Virus record (IMG/VR): IMGVR_UViG_3300028886_000047 | Source of the DNA: a virus | Taxonomy: Duplodnaviria > Heunggongvirae > Uroviricota > Caudoviricetes | Length of the DNA stretch: 20,946 bases | Reading direction: 5' to 3' (one strand) | Shown: in pieces, positions 1 to 12,573 of the stretch | Numbering within the stretch: position 1 is the first letter of the stretch | Layout of the letters: every line of letters starts with the position of its first letter | Translations under genes and position numbers: made by a program | Notes under the pieces: model-generated | Told to the model about the DNA's origin: nothing | Database searches by the model: none | What the model saw: only the letters and a program-made list of their open reading frames with translations

Positions 1-34
1 AAAGGTCTAGTCTAGCTTTTTTATTTATAAAATT

Positions 35-760
35 ATGGTATATACAAGCATAAAAAAATTAGCTGATGCAGTTTATAATGATGTAGTGTCCGGATTAAGA
101 GGGTATCATCAAAATTCATCTATTTCTAAACAACAATTAGAAGAGGAAATAGTACAAATGAGACTTCTAATTATTAAAGAATATATGATGAAAGGAATAC
201 TTCCGATTTAGGATTTACTTGTTTCATTAAATTGTATTCCTGTAGATTGTGATACTCTTGATAAATGTAAATGCCGAGGTTCCGTTTGCGGAGAACCTGT
301 AGCGCATTTTCAAATTCCACAATTATTATATGATTATGGTTTGAATAAATCTATATATTATTTAGGTTCATCTGATAGACAACATCCTTTTTTATTCTAT
401 ACTAAACCTATTAATAGACTTTAGACATTTTAGAAATATCGTAAACGTGGAAAAAGAAAGCCATGGGTTTATATTGATGTAACTCCTAATTCTAATGGAT
501 ATATAGACTGTTATATATTTGATGCTCCATTGATTAAACAAGTATCAATTACTGCCGTATTTAAAGACCCACGTCAATTAGAAGAATTTTAGTGTGAATG
601 TGGCGAAGATTATATGAAAGAAGAAATTGAAAGCTAGACTGATAATAATTTCAATTTTTTAGATACAGTTATAAAAGAGCGGCTTACTAAACAGAAATTG
701 TATTACTATCGTTAGGCAGCAGCTCCTCTTTTACCAAATGATTAGACTTATTAGCCATGA
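35..760 (+). CDS. crAss-like ring / tail-tubular protein (241 aa, TAG=Gln)
   Basis: ATG at 35 after an AT-rich leader; open to TGA at 758-760 with 8 in-frame TAG; the stop overlaps the next ATG (ATGA). Sequence MVYTSIKKLADAVYNDVVSGLRG...SITAVFKDPRQLEEF...LLPNDQTYQP resembles Crassvirales ring proteins as I recall them; position upstream of IHF/muzzle genes fits. Confidence 0.7.
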
Positions 761-1467
761 ATGATTTTCATTATGTTGCAGTAATGCTTGATATGTTATA
801 TGGTATTGAAATGGACGATGAAGATTTAGAGGAATTAGGTTTGATTGCTTGGAATTTAATCGGAAATAAAAATATTAGATTACATAGATGTCGTTTAAAA
901 ATAAATGAACAAGATTTGTCAATTACATTGCCGTGTAATGCTACAAATAAAAACGGAGAACTTGGTGGAGTTGTAGAATTAGTAACGGCAAGTTATGAAG
1001 ATTGGCAACATGTAACCAATCATACTTATAATGGTGACATAAATTCTTCAATTACTGAAAATTAGATAGAATATGAAAAGTATTATCAAGGTCCTTTTTA
1101 TCTTCCCGGAAAAATACTAAAATATCACCAAGTCGAAGATAAATTGTACTTTACACATAATTATGGGACAGTTAACGTACTTTATAAGGGAGTTATTGCA
1201 GATGATGAAGGACTTCCAAAATTAACTGATAAAGAAGCTACAGCAATAGCTACATATATTGCTTATGTTATAAAATTTAAAGAAGGACTAATTACTAATA
1301 ATCAAGCTATTGTTTAGATGGCAGAAATGTTAAATGCTAAATGGTTAAGACAATGTGATTAGGCTCGTGTAACATACTTGAATTAGAATGATATGAATTA
1401 GATTATTGAAATAAAGAACTCGTGGGATCGAGGTATATATTCTAAATCTTATAAAGGATTAAAATGA
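757..1467 (+). CDS. crAss-like ring / tail-tubular (P22 gp4-like) protein (236 aa, TAG=Gln)
   Basis: Extends the 757..1065 ORF through 5 TAG to TGA 1465-1467, with ATGA overlaps at both ends. Contains GTVNVLYKGVIADDEGLPKLTDKEATAIATYIAY and C-terminal SWDRGIYSKSYK, typical of crAss ring proteins (recalled motifs). Confidence 0.75.
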
Positions 1468-1907
1468 ATTATGCACTTGGTTGGGCTTGTAATTTAAAAG
1501 ATATTTTCGTTCGGTTTCCATATGAAAAATTTCCATCTTTAAAAAAATTGAGGACAAAACGTGAAAGATTAGCTTTAATAAAGAGGGTATTTATAGAAGG
1601 ATTAAGATTAATTCTTACTGATATAATTGAAAACAATGTAACATTTAAAGTACCTTCTATAGGATATATTGGTGGAGAAATTCATATGGAAGCCGTTCGA
1701 GATTAGGACTTTTATGAAGCTCGTAAAAATGGAAAATTCAAAGAAGTTGATTTTATTGAATCACTTTTTACAGGATATTAGATGTATTTATATATTCACG
1801 GAAAAAGAGATAATTTTCTTCATAGGAGAAAATTTCCAATTTATTTTCATAAAGAATTAAGAAATAAATTGATTGAGAATACAAATAAAGGAATGGTTTA
1901 TTGTTAA
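1464..1907 (+). CDS. IHF/HU-like DNA-binding protein of the crAss structural module (147 aa, TAG=Gln)
   Basis: Read through 2 TAG to TAA 1905-1907 (TAATG overlap with next gene). Basic protein with LILTDIIENNVTFKVPSIG; Crassvirales conserve a pair of IHF-like genes at this position. Confidence 0.6.
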
Positions 1908-2473
1908 TGAAATAGACAGATATAAATGATTATGTAAAATAGGTTCATGAAAAATTTCCAGAATTAACTGAATCTGAAGTAAAAAGAATTTTAGTTTATG
2001 GATGGAAAATGATACTTTAGTATATATCAAAAGGTAATGATTTACATATTCAAACTAATAAATTTTTTACTTTTATAGGGCGAATACCCACTAAAGCGTT
2101 AGATGTTTTTAAAATATATAGATATAAATTATCCAAAAGAATAGCTTATATGTTTAAAAGAACTAACTCAGAGTGGGATGGTTATTATTACTTTACAAGA
2201 ACAGAAAATTAGTATATGGATTATCTGAAACAAAGAAGAAAAAAGTATAAAGTATTCAAAAACGTGTTCTTATATAAATTATTAGAAGAATTAAAAATAA
2301 AAGAATCAGATCGTCCATACATATTTAGATTAGCTGAAGATAGAACTAGTTGGATGAATAAGTATTATCCAGAAATTAAGACAGATAAAGCAGAATTAAT
2401 CATATAGAGAGATTCTCTTACACTACAAGATATGATGACTTCTTAGAATAAATTTAAATACATACAACAATAA
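1907..2473 (+). CDS. Second IHF-like protein (188 aa, TAG=Gln)
   Basis: MKQTDINDYVKQVHEKFPELTESEVKRILVYGWKMIL...; 6 in-frame TAG (first at codon 3); ends TAA 2471-2473 overlapping the next ATG. The N-terminal helical pattern and synteny suggest the IHF-like family. Confidence 0.55.
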
Positions 2474-5400
2474 TGGAACAAGCAGTCAATACTTTTTAGA
2501 AAGGACTTCAATTAGACAGTCATCCAATGATGCAAGGGAATGAATCTCTTACTGATTGTCTGAATGGAACTTTTATTACATAGAATGGAAATGAGATAAC
2601 TCTTCAGAATGATATGGGAAATGCTCGCGTTGACCATGCATATCTTCCAGCTGGATATGAGCCAGTTGGAATTAAAGAATATGGCGGAGTAATATATGTA
2701 GCATGTCATAATCCTCTTACAGGTAAAAGTCAAGTAGGAAGTTTTCCATCTCCTGAGAGAATTAAAGGAGCAGAATACAATTTAGGTAATTGCATATGTT
2801 TAAATAATATTATTTCTAATAATAATACTTAGGGTGAGAATAAAAAATTTTTAATAAATGATAGTATTCTGTATCCATTAACTGAGGATAATTCATTACA
2901 TGTTGGAGATAAGTTTGCAATATATTATACTGGAGAAGACTAGGAGTATTTTAAAAATGTATCGAATTATAATAATATACAAGGTAAACTTATAAAAACT
3001 CCAAAAAATAAATTATATACCCTATCAATAGGAATACTTAATTCTTAGAATGAATTTGTTGATATTACAAAATCTTTATTTAGATTTAATAAAAATGGGG
3101 AACAATTACCTAAAACTGGAAACGATAATTTTGATTTTAATAATGGGTATTTTATAATTCCAATTGATGAAAATAATATATCTGGAATATTGGGAAACGA
3201 AAGTAGCACACAAGAATATTTAAAAAATAGGTTAGCATTATCCAATGTTAATACATATTCATATAAGTTAGTAGGGCCACTTTATTTAAAATAGACATTA
3301 AATCATATTAGAGAATTTACCTACAATATTGATGGTTATAAAGAAGAAGGTAATTATACTTTAATATTTACTGCAAATATTACATATAATTGTCCTGATG
3401 GAACTGGTATCTAGAAACATGGAGATTTAACTGATTTTTAGGATGATGGAATACGTAATAATTTAGATATTAATAACTTTTGTATATTGGAAGTAATTAA
3501 TGCAGATGAAAATTCAAATGAAAATTCAGATGAAAATTCAAATGAAATATCTTCTAAACCATCTACAGAAGTAATATCTCATACGTATGATTAGACAGAA
3601 AACTTATATCACTGTATATTGAAGAAAGAATATACTTATACACATAATGATAGTTCGTCTAATATTGGAAACTTTTTCATCGGAGTAATTGCCTCAAACC
3701 ATTTTTATAATAGTCCTGATACTGATGATTCATGTGAATGCAATTTAACAGAGTCAGCTAATGAAGTTATTTTTGATCCTAATTTATCAGAAGAATTTTC
3801 AATAAATCTCGATTTATTAGGAACTGGTAATATATAGTTTAATGGATATAGATATTTTAATAATCCAAATAGAACAACACTTGTATATAATACTAGTTAT
3901 TATAAAAAATAGGATGAAATTAAGGAATTAGTCTTTAAATTTAAAGATATAACTACTGGTTATAAAAATAGGGATGAAATAGTATTAGGCCCTTATACAG
4001 CAGTTAATGGAAAATCTGTAATTGAATTTGATTGGGAAGATTCCCTTGATTCAACTAAAGAATTTATTCCTAGACATGTTTATAGATTAAATATTTATGA
4101 ACAAACTTAGGGTGAATCGGAATTAGAGGAAGTTGTTGAAAATCTACATTTTTTAACTACTCCATTATTTAATTCATGTTATAATCCAAGTAACAGTGAT
4201 TTTATTGAGGATTTTAGAGATATATATTTAGGAAATGAAGACCATCCTAAATATGATGTAATCCTTAAAAAACTTACAATAAATTATGATTATGAATCTA
4301 ATTTTAAAGGAGAACTTAAAAAAGTGGGAGATTATAAAATTAGTGGTTCTCTAATTAAGTCTGGACTTTCTGGGTTTACCATAGATAGTAATAGTAGTAA
4401 TGCTAAAGAAAGTGGTAGTGTTTGGGAAGATGAAGAAGAGGAAGAACCTGGACAAACAAGTTCTGAAGAATTAGTTCAACCTGACAGTATAGTTGAAAAT
4501 TCATATAGGATAACAGGAACATTTACTATTCCCAACTTTGCTCCTTTTAGATTAGCTATTCATGGTACTGGACTAGGAAATACTGTACTAAATATTACAA
4601 TTAAAAATCATAATAACCAATAGACTTATACATATGGTTAGTATAATTTATATAATATAAATGACACTTTACATGTAAATGAAGAAACCGGAGAAACTAA
4701 TGAAGTTACATTTTGGCATACAATGACTCCCGTATTTACATTACCTGCATACATGTTTAATACATTAGGAGACGAAACTGAAATTGATGTAATAATTGAT
4801 TATTATGCAGGATATGTCTTTGATAATTTAAATCTATATTTAAATACACAAAATAATATATTAACATAGTTTACGAGTAATGAGTATTTAAATATAGAAT
4901 CTGTTACCTCTAATGATTCTACTGAATTAGTCAATATAACCTCAAGTTTGAGTAAAGACATTACATTTAATCAAGATTATATTTACATTGGAAATGTAAA
5001 AGGACGATATTAGTTTGTTGGAGATAGTACATTTACAGATGAATATCAAGCACCTAGACTCACATTAGTTAAAAATCAAATAATCGATGTATGGAAATAT
5101 TTAGATTAGAGTAAGTATATTGATTCTACAACAACGCATGATTTTAATAATGTTAATTTCGATAGTGATGGAAATATTGTCTAGAATTGTACATTTGTTC
5201 CAATGCAGGCCGGTTCTCAATTTAGTTTATATAAATCTACAAAATAGACATTAACTTATAATAAAAGTATTATTTATACTTTTGATTGTAGTTATAATTC
5301 AGCTTTCCAGAGTATAAATTCCTCACGAAATAATTATTTTTATTTAGAAAAAGGAGATTTAATAAAAGTCAAATTACAATATAATAATACTTCTATTAAT

Positions 5401-7638
5401 AGTTCTTTTACAGGTAATTTAGGAATACAATTTAATAATAATTCTTCTTATTATTATATTCCTATATAGACTGATACTTGGTTTAGTATTCCAGAAGAAA
5501 TATTATGTAATTGGGTCAATAGTGATAATATTTTAATAGCTACTCTTAATTCATTATCTGGAGTGACAAATATAAATAATGATTATAATTTACAGCTTAT
5601 AGTAGAAGTTGCTAAACACGAATAGACAATTCCTAGAACAAATGCTCCGTTAAGAGCTTCTTCGGCTAGTTCTTCAACTAATCCTGGTTATGATAATCAG
5701 CCAACAAGTTGGCAGAATTTATATTTATATATGAATGGTAATTATTATTTTCTTTAGGGAAGTCAGCCATATGACGGCCAAACTTATAAAATAACGACTT
5801 AGGCACTTTTTACCGAGGAAAGTGATTATAAATTTAATTTCAATAATGAGAATGAGCCATATATTATTTGTGTTGAGGAGCATAGTACTTATGATAGCCA
5901 AATAAATACTCCTATTTCTTTTGACTCTAAACTCGGATATAAAATTCCATTTAATGATTAGATAAAAAGGAAAGGTTATATTAAAGGAGGAGTTCGTTAT
6001 AAACTAGAACGAGAGGGACCAGCTATTTATGTAGCTTACGCTATGCCGTTTGATTACGAAGCATAGACAAGTCTAAAAAAAGATTTTCATTTATTATATA
6101 ATGAATATACATCTCCAAGTACAGATAATACAGAACAATCTACTACTCCTGTATACACAGCTCCAGATGAAATTGAATTAAAATATTCTCAAACTTATCA
6201 ATTAGATTATACATCAGAACCTAGATTAAGAGTTATTAATGTTGAAAATTATCCAGAAGATATACGAGAATTTTTAACGACAGATATTACACTATCTTTA
6301 AATTAGAGTTTCAGTGGATATAAGGATAAGATTATTACAGAGGGAACTGGAGCATCTATTGATGAAAGTGAAATAATTACACAAGGTAAAAACCAATTTA
6401 CCTTAAATCAAATATTTAGAGCTAAGGCAGTATCTCCATCTAATGTGCAAATTAAAAATGGATTTATGAGTATTCATAATTTATTAGATAATTTAAGTAA
6501 CAAAGATATTGCTGATAAAGCTACTTTGGGAATTTATTGTCATGGACGTAGTGGTAGCGATTCAAAAGCTATTAATGGCCTTAGAGATAGGGATGGCAAT
6601 AGTGTAACAAATGGAACTCAATTTGATAGTGATACTTTAGATGGACTTAAAACATTTGAATTGGATAATTTCAAAGAATAGTGGTTTAGTTACTTAAATT
6701 AGAAAAACTTTGCCTTTAGTTATTAGTTCTTTAGGTCTATTACTGGAGGAAATAGTAGTAGAAATATTAATTATAGAAGTAATGTGGCAAATATATCTGG
6801 AAAAGTTGGCTATACATCTGCTTTAAGAGCTGCTCGTGTATGGTGGAGAAATTATGATGATACATGGTCTTTAATAAGGCTTACATTTGATAGATTCAGT
6901 CCTATATCATAGAAAGAAGAACTAGGTATTACAGTTGGATTGAATGGATTTTCAGTTTCAGTAAATGATAACTATCCAGTAGATGCCCATTATCCTTATA
7001 ATTTTAATCAATTCTTAAAGAGTAAATTATTTGCAGAAAACTTTTCATATTGTGCTGTAAATCAATCAAATTGTGCTGCTGAACATATTTATATTCCAGA
7101 TAAAAATAATTTAGCATATTTGGATAGATGTACAGTCAATTATACTATAACACCTAATATAAGAAGCATTGATGAATCTTCTGGTTCTAGGTATAACTAT
7201 AGAGAAAATGAAAATTCAAATTTTATTGTGTCTTTTAAAGAATATTTTCCAAAATCTAAGCAAGAAGAACCCATTAATTTTGAAATTAAATGTATAGAAT
7301 AGTTTTATGATGATTTTTTGAATTTTAATTATAATGAACTAACAAATATTGATTTAACTACTGGAAAAATGACTGATATAGATGGACAGCCATTAATTTC
7401 TTCAAATATTTATACTTATAATAATGGAGAATTAGTATTCAATATAGAAAAAACTAATAGGTTATGTAAATCTGATACTTATAAAATGGGTTCTTATAAT
7501 GCTATATTAGGAAAAAACGTTAGAACTGATATTTTAGATTTAAAATATGACACTATAAGAGACGATAAAGATAGTGATAATGATCATCAAGCAACAGCTT
7601 TGAATTTTTCAGGAGTTAAAATAGCAGGAGTACAATGA
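2473..7638 (+). CDS. Giant tail protein with a muzzle/gp10-like N-terminus and a long variable region (1721 aa, TAG=Gln)
   Basis: I read one frame across 5166 nt with no TAA/TGA but about 31 TAG; it joins ORFs 2614, 3619, 4324, 6445, 6940 and 7318 of the track (all same frame). N-terminus MEQAVNTFQKGLQLD...LNGTFITQNGNEITLQNDMGNARV...GYEPVGIKEYGGVIY...SQVGSFPSPER is a conserved crAss tail signature. Ends TGA overlapping ATG 7635. Confidence 0.8.
3505..3546 (+). repeat. In-frame 12-bp tandem repeat RATGAAAATTCA x3.5 (DENS-NENS-DENS-NE)
   Basis: gatgaaaattca aatgaaaattca gatgaaaattca aatgaa read directly. Confidence 0.9.
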
Positions 7639-10600
7639 GTAATATACAAGTATTTTTAAGTACATTAGAAACTAAAGGAAATCTAGCATATGAATATAAT
7701 CCTTTTCATAATTATCAAACAAATGTTGATTTATATAAATATGAAACGGATATAGGAACAGTAATTGCTTCAGACAAGGCCAAAGTTTTAAAAAATGGCC
7801 TTGTCTTACATCAGTTATATGGAAATACCTGGGAGGATAAGTATGGAAATAAATATAATTCAGATATTCAAACAGTAGATAAAGGAGAAAAATATGCTAG
7901 CGCAGGTTCCTTAATAGATTTAGATACAGAATAGCTAAATTTCGATTTAGAACATCCTGTAGATATAGAAGTTTAGCCTTCTTATGATGGGTCTGTTAAT
8001 CTTATTTTGAATGATGATAAAAATATTCCGAGATTAATTAATTCTAGATTCTCAGTAAGAGAAAAAGGCACTTATGAAATAGTAGATAGAATTGGAGAAA
8101 ATGATACTAATATATATAGTTCAGATACTTTTGAAAAAGATACTTCTTTATACTTTTAGTATAAATCAAATCCTACTGTTCAATTTACCAATTTTATATC
8201 AGGAATATTACCTGTAGGTTCGTACTATTTTTGTTTTGCCTATTGTGATGCAGATGATAATGAATCTGATTATATAGCTGAATCAGGATTAATTCCAGTA
8301 TTTTTAGGCAATGATGGCGACCCAAATTCTATGGTAGGAGGAATTAAGAATCAAAATTCTCATAAAGGCATTAAACTAAAACTCCAAAATCTTGATGATG
8401 CTTATACATATCTTAAAATTTACTATGTAAGGTATTTTGCAGATTATCAATAGAATAGAGTTTACGAAGCCAAGAAAATATATAAAAAATATCCTATAAA
8501 TTCTGGCACTGTTTATTTATAGATTACTGGAAACGAGCAAGCTGAAGATATTGATGCAAATATTTTAAATATTTCAAGGTTTAATCCACATCATCTTCTT
8601 ACTTAGGCATAGTGTAAAAATATGTTATTCTTCGGTAATATTGTAAAAAATGCTGATAATTATAGAGAATTATAGGATTGTGCTTTAAGAATAATTCCAA
8701 AAGTTATAGAGAAAACATTCTAGCCTACTGGAACTGATTATGTATATCCTGGATATTATACATCTATTAATATGTATAATAATGTAGGATATTTTAATAA
8801 AGAATATTATAGGTTTGGGGTAGTATTTATTTATGAGAATGGAACATTATCTAATGTGTATAATACATTAGGATATGATATAGTAAACAGTGAGAAAAAT
8901 AATATTACATACAATAACGAATGTATGTATGAAGAAAGTGATAATTAGGCTATATTAGTTAGAAAGTATATAAAATCTGATGATGAAGGTTGGATAAAAA
9001 ACTTTTCTGATTTCTTTAATCTAGGCGAAGATATTCCATCAAATACAATAAATTCGAAAGGAGTAGTAAAATTAAATAAAAAATATACATCAAATAAAAT
9101 ATTAGGAATTTAGTTTAATATCCCAAACGAAGTAATTAAGTTTTTAAAAGAAACACTTCATATTAGAGGACTTTTCTTTGTTAGACAAAAGTGTATTCCA
9201 AGTACTATAGCTTAGTGTTATTTGCTTCCTATGGATGAAGTTTTAAAAGCTCCAGTATTAAAGGTAGGAGATTTATATCAAACGGAATCTTTTATAACCA
9301 GAAAAAAGACTTTAACCAATGATTATAATCAAAGACTATATGCTTATAATGGCGAAACCTCTACTGAGAATAAAATTAGTAAACATGCATATGCCGCTAT
9401 TTGTCCAGATTTTCTTTTAAATTAGCCTTATTATAATCAAATCTTTAATGGAAGTTCTTTTAAATTAAATCAAATTACTGATTCAAATTCAAGTGATTTT
9501 CATCGTTCTGATAGGTTTTATATTGATGGAAATACCTTATCAGAAGATGCATCTAATACGATAAATCCTACAGTATCTATTTGTTCTGTAACAGAAGATG
9601 TTCCAACAGTAGCTATAAAAGATTCTATTTATAAATTATAGATAGGTGAAGCAGAAGAAGCTTTTAGATTTGGGTTTGTTGAATATGACAACAGTTCTAT
9701 GGATAATGAAAATAATGGAACTGATAAAAAAGAGAATTATTACTTTAATATTATTCGAGGGAAATATTCACCATACTTAGCTATATATAGCGATGTTGAA
9801 TTAACAGTTAATTCCCTTTATGATATAATGTATGACCAACAGAACCCAATACAAGAATTTAAAAACAGAATGGATTCTTTCGAACCTTTTTATGCTATTA
9901 GTAATAGATACAATTTTGAATAGTTAGAAGGAGAAGGAGATTCTGATAAATCAATAATATGTTTTAGAGGAGATTGTTATTTAAACACATTTACATATCG
10001 TTTAAATAGAAATTTTAATGACCCAACACTTCCTAGTAATGATGAAATAATAGATCCGAATACTTGGAAAGATCACTATAAATTGGACGATCCTACAGAA
10101 TGGACTAAAATATCTCGTTCAGATGTTAATGCTATTCAAATGGGAAGTTGGATTACATTCCAAGTAAGAAGTGCTATGAATTATGCTCTCCGTTCTGAAG
10201 ATGCTTCTAATGTTGCAGAAGCTGCATTAATGGGATAGCCTCGTAGTTTTTATCCAAAAAATAAATTATTATTTAGAGGAAATAACAAAATTCCTGATTC
10301 TTATGTATTTAATGATGCGTATAGAGCTACTTTGGGATTTAAATGTTACTTTACTTTAAATGATATAAATTACATTAAAGATACTTTCTCAAATAGAATA
10401 CAATATTCTGCTATATCTGTACAAGATTCTTATAAAAATAATTATAGATATTCATTATCTACATATTTTAGAGATTATTCTCAAGAATATGGCTCTATTA
10501 CAAAACTTGTTGGATTTGAGGGATATTTACTTGTTATTTTCGAACATGGTATTGGAATTGCTGTAATTAATGAGAGAATATTGGCAGGTCAAGGAGATGG

Positions 10601-12572
10601 AGAACCTGTATTTATAAATACTAAAAATGTTCTTCCAGAAGAATTAACCATTATTTCCGATACAATTGGTACACAATGGGGAGAATCTGTAGTTAAATCT
10701 GAAGCAGGATATGTATATGGTGTTGATACAATAGCTAAAAAGATTTGGAGAGTTAAATCTCAACAATTAGAAATTATTTCTGATTTTAAAGTAAATAAAT
10801 TCTTAGTTGATAATATTACTTTAGGAGAAAGAGAGAATCATCCATATATTGCATTAAAAAATGTAAAGACACATTATAATAATAATAAAAAAGATATAAT
10901 GTTTACATTTTATGATGATGTTTATAAAGAAGAAGAAAAAGTTTGGAACTTGTGTTATAATGAATATCTTGATGAATTTGTAACATTCTATAGTTGGGTT
11001 CCAAGTTATTCTGCAAATATTGATACTTCATTCTTCTCGTTTAATAGAGAAACTTCAAAAGCATTATCTCTACTTGAAAAATCTAACTATTATAATTTAA
11101 ATAATTATGGAGTATTATTAGAATACCCAGTTATAGATGATACTGATGAAGAAATAACATATCCAAAATTACATTATAGAGTTAAACATAGAACTTATTA
11201 TACTATTAAAGAAGGATAGGATGGAACTGTTGAAAATACTGAACATAATGTTGGGCAAGGAGATTTTGAAAAAGAAACCGAATTTTCTAACTTTGTAATA
11301 GAGTTTTCTCAATATGGTTGGAATAAATATTTTGAGGTGATTAAAAACAATGACAATGAATATAAAATTGGATTAAAACCTGAAGTTACTTTAGAAGATA
11401 TTAAAAATAAGATGAAAGAAAATAACTCTAAAGTCATAATTTTAAATATCACACCTCAAATAAGTAAGATTGAAAATCAAGTAAATGCCCTAAATGACAT
11501 AACTAAGTTCCGAACAGAAACAATAGCTTTTACATTTAAGAGTATAGTACAAAATATTGTAGACTTAGATGAATTGAATCTAACTACTGATTTCTTTGTG
11601 CATGGACAAGGAGGCATATATGATTTGAAGGAAAATATTTATCCAACTCATTGGTATGGAGAAACTCATCCATTTGAATTTGAATTTGTTGTAAATGAAC
11701 AGATTGCATATCAAAAGGTATTTACAAATCTTATTATTATAAGTAATAAAGCTGAACCTGAATCTTTTCACTTTGAAATAGAAGGCGATAATTATGAATT
11801 TTCTTCAGATAAAAGGACTATGTATTTCAGACAAGAAAGTACTAAAAAACTATTTTAGAAAGCAGGTTCTGACATCTTATATGATAGAAAATATGAAGAT
11901 GTAGCAGCCAATTTACTTACAAAGGAATAGTATTATAGAAAATTGGATAACGATTATCAAAACCAATATACTGACTTTAAAAATTATCATGGAGTTGATA
12001 GAACATATCCAATAGAATCTGGAGGTTTAACTCAGCAAGTAAAATCTACAATATTCCCTCTTTATTATAAAAGAATTGATAAATATAATTATATATACGA
12101 TAAATATCAAGAATTAGTTAGTGATGGAAAGAACTATTAGAATTTATCGGGTTCAGAAATTATTTGGAATAGAGATTTGAATTAGTTTAATATAGCTACT
12201 CACATTAAAAATAGTCCAATCGACCATTATGGAAGATTAAGAGGAAATTCATTCTATAAAGAAGGTAAATGGAATATACAAATTCCATCATTGAACTTTA
12301 TGTAGAAAAATGAAAAACCTTGGACTACTCCTCCAATAATAGTATAGTATCTTCCAGAAGGTGTTAATGTTATTAACGGAAGTCATGTAGCTGATACATA
12401 TGAAACATTAGATATTAAAAATCCTAGTGAATATGCTATTGCAGAAAACTGGACTTATAGAAAAGAAGCAAAAATACGAGATAAATGGATAAAAATAAGA
12501 GTAAGATATTCTGGATATAACTTAGCTGTTATTCATAGTTTAGTTACTTTATTTAATTTAAGTTATAGTTAA
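7635..12572 (+). CDS. Muzzle / tail stabilization protein (P22 gp10-like) (1645 aa, TAG=Gln)
   Basis: Single frame without TAA/TGA until 12570-12572, about 23 TAG; joins track ORFs 7635, 9222, 9699, 10332, 11337 and 11943. Motifs LNFDLEHPVDIEVQPSYDGSVNLILNDDKNIPRLINSRF, LCYNEYLDEFVTFYSWVP and C-terminal RDKWIKIRVRYSG..LAVIHSLVTLFNLSYS match the crAss gp10-like family as I recall it. Confidence 0.8.
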
Positions 12573-12573
12573 T

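Noticed and set aside
1-34. CTAGTCTAG followed by a T-run as a terminator
   Set aside because: Any 5' arm would lie outside the window, so it cannot be supported.
1669-1860. 63-aa + strand ORF
   Set aside because: Alternative frame fully inside the 1464..1907 gene, with no recognisable motif.
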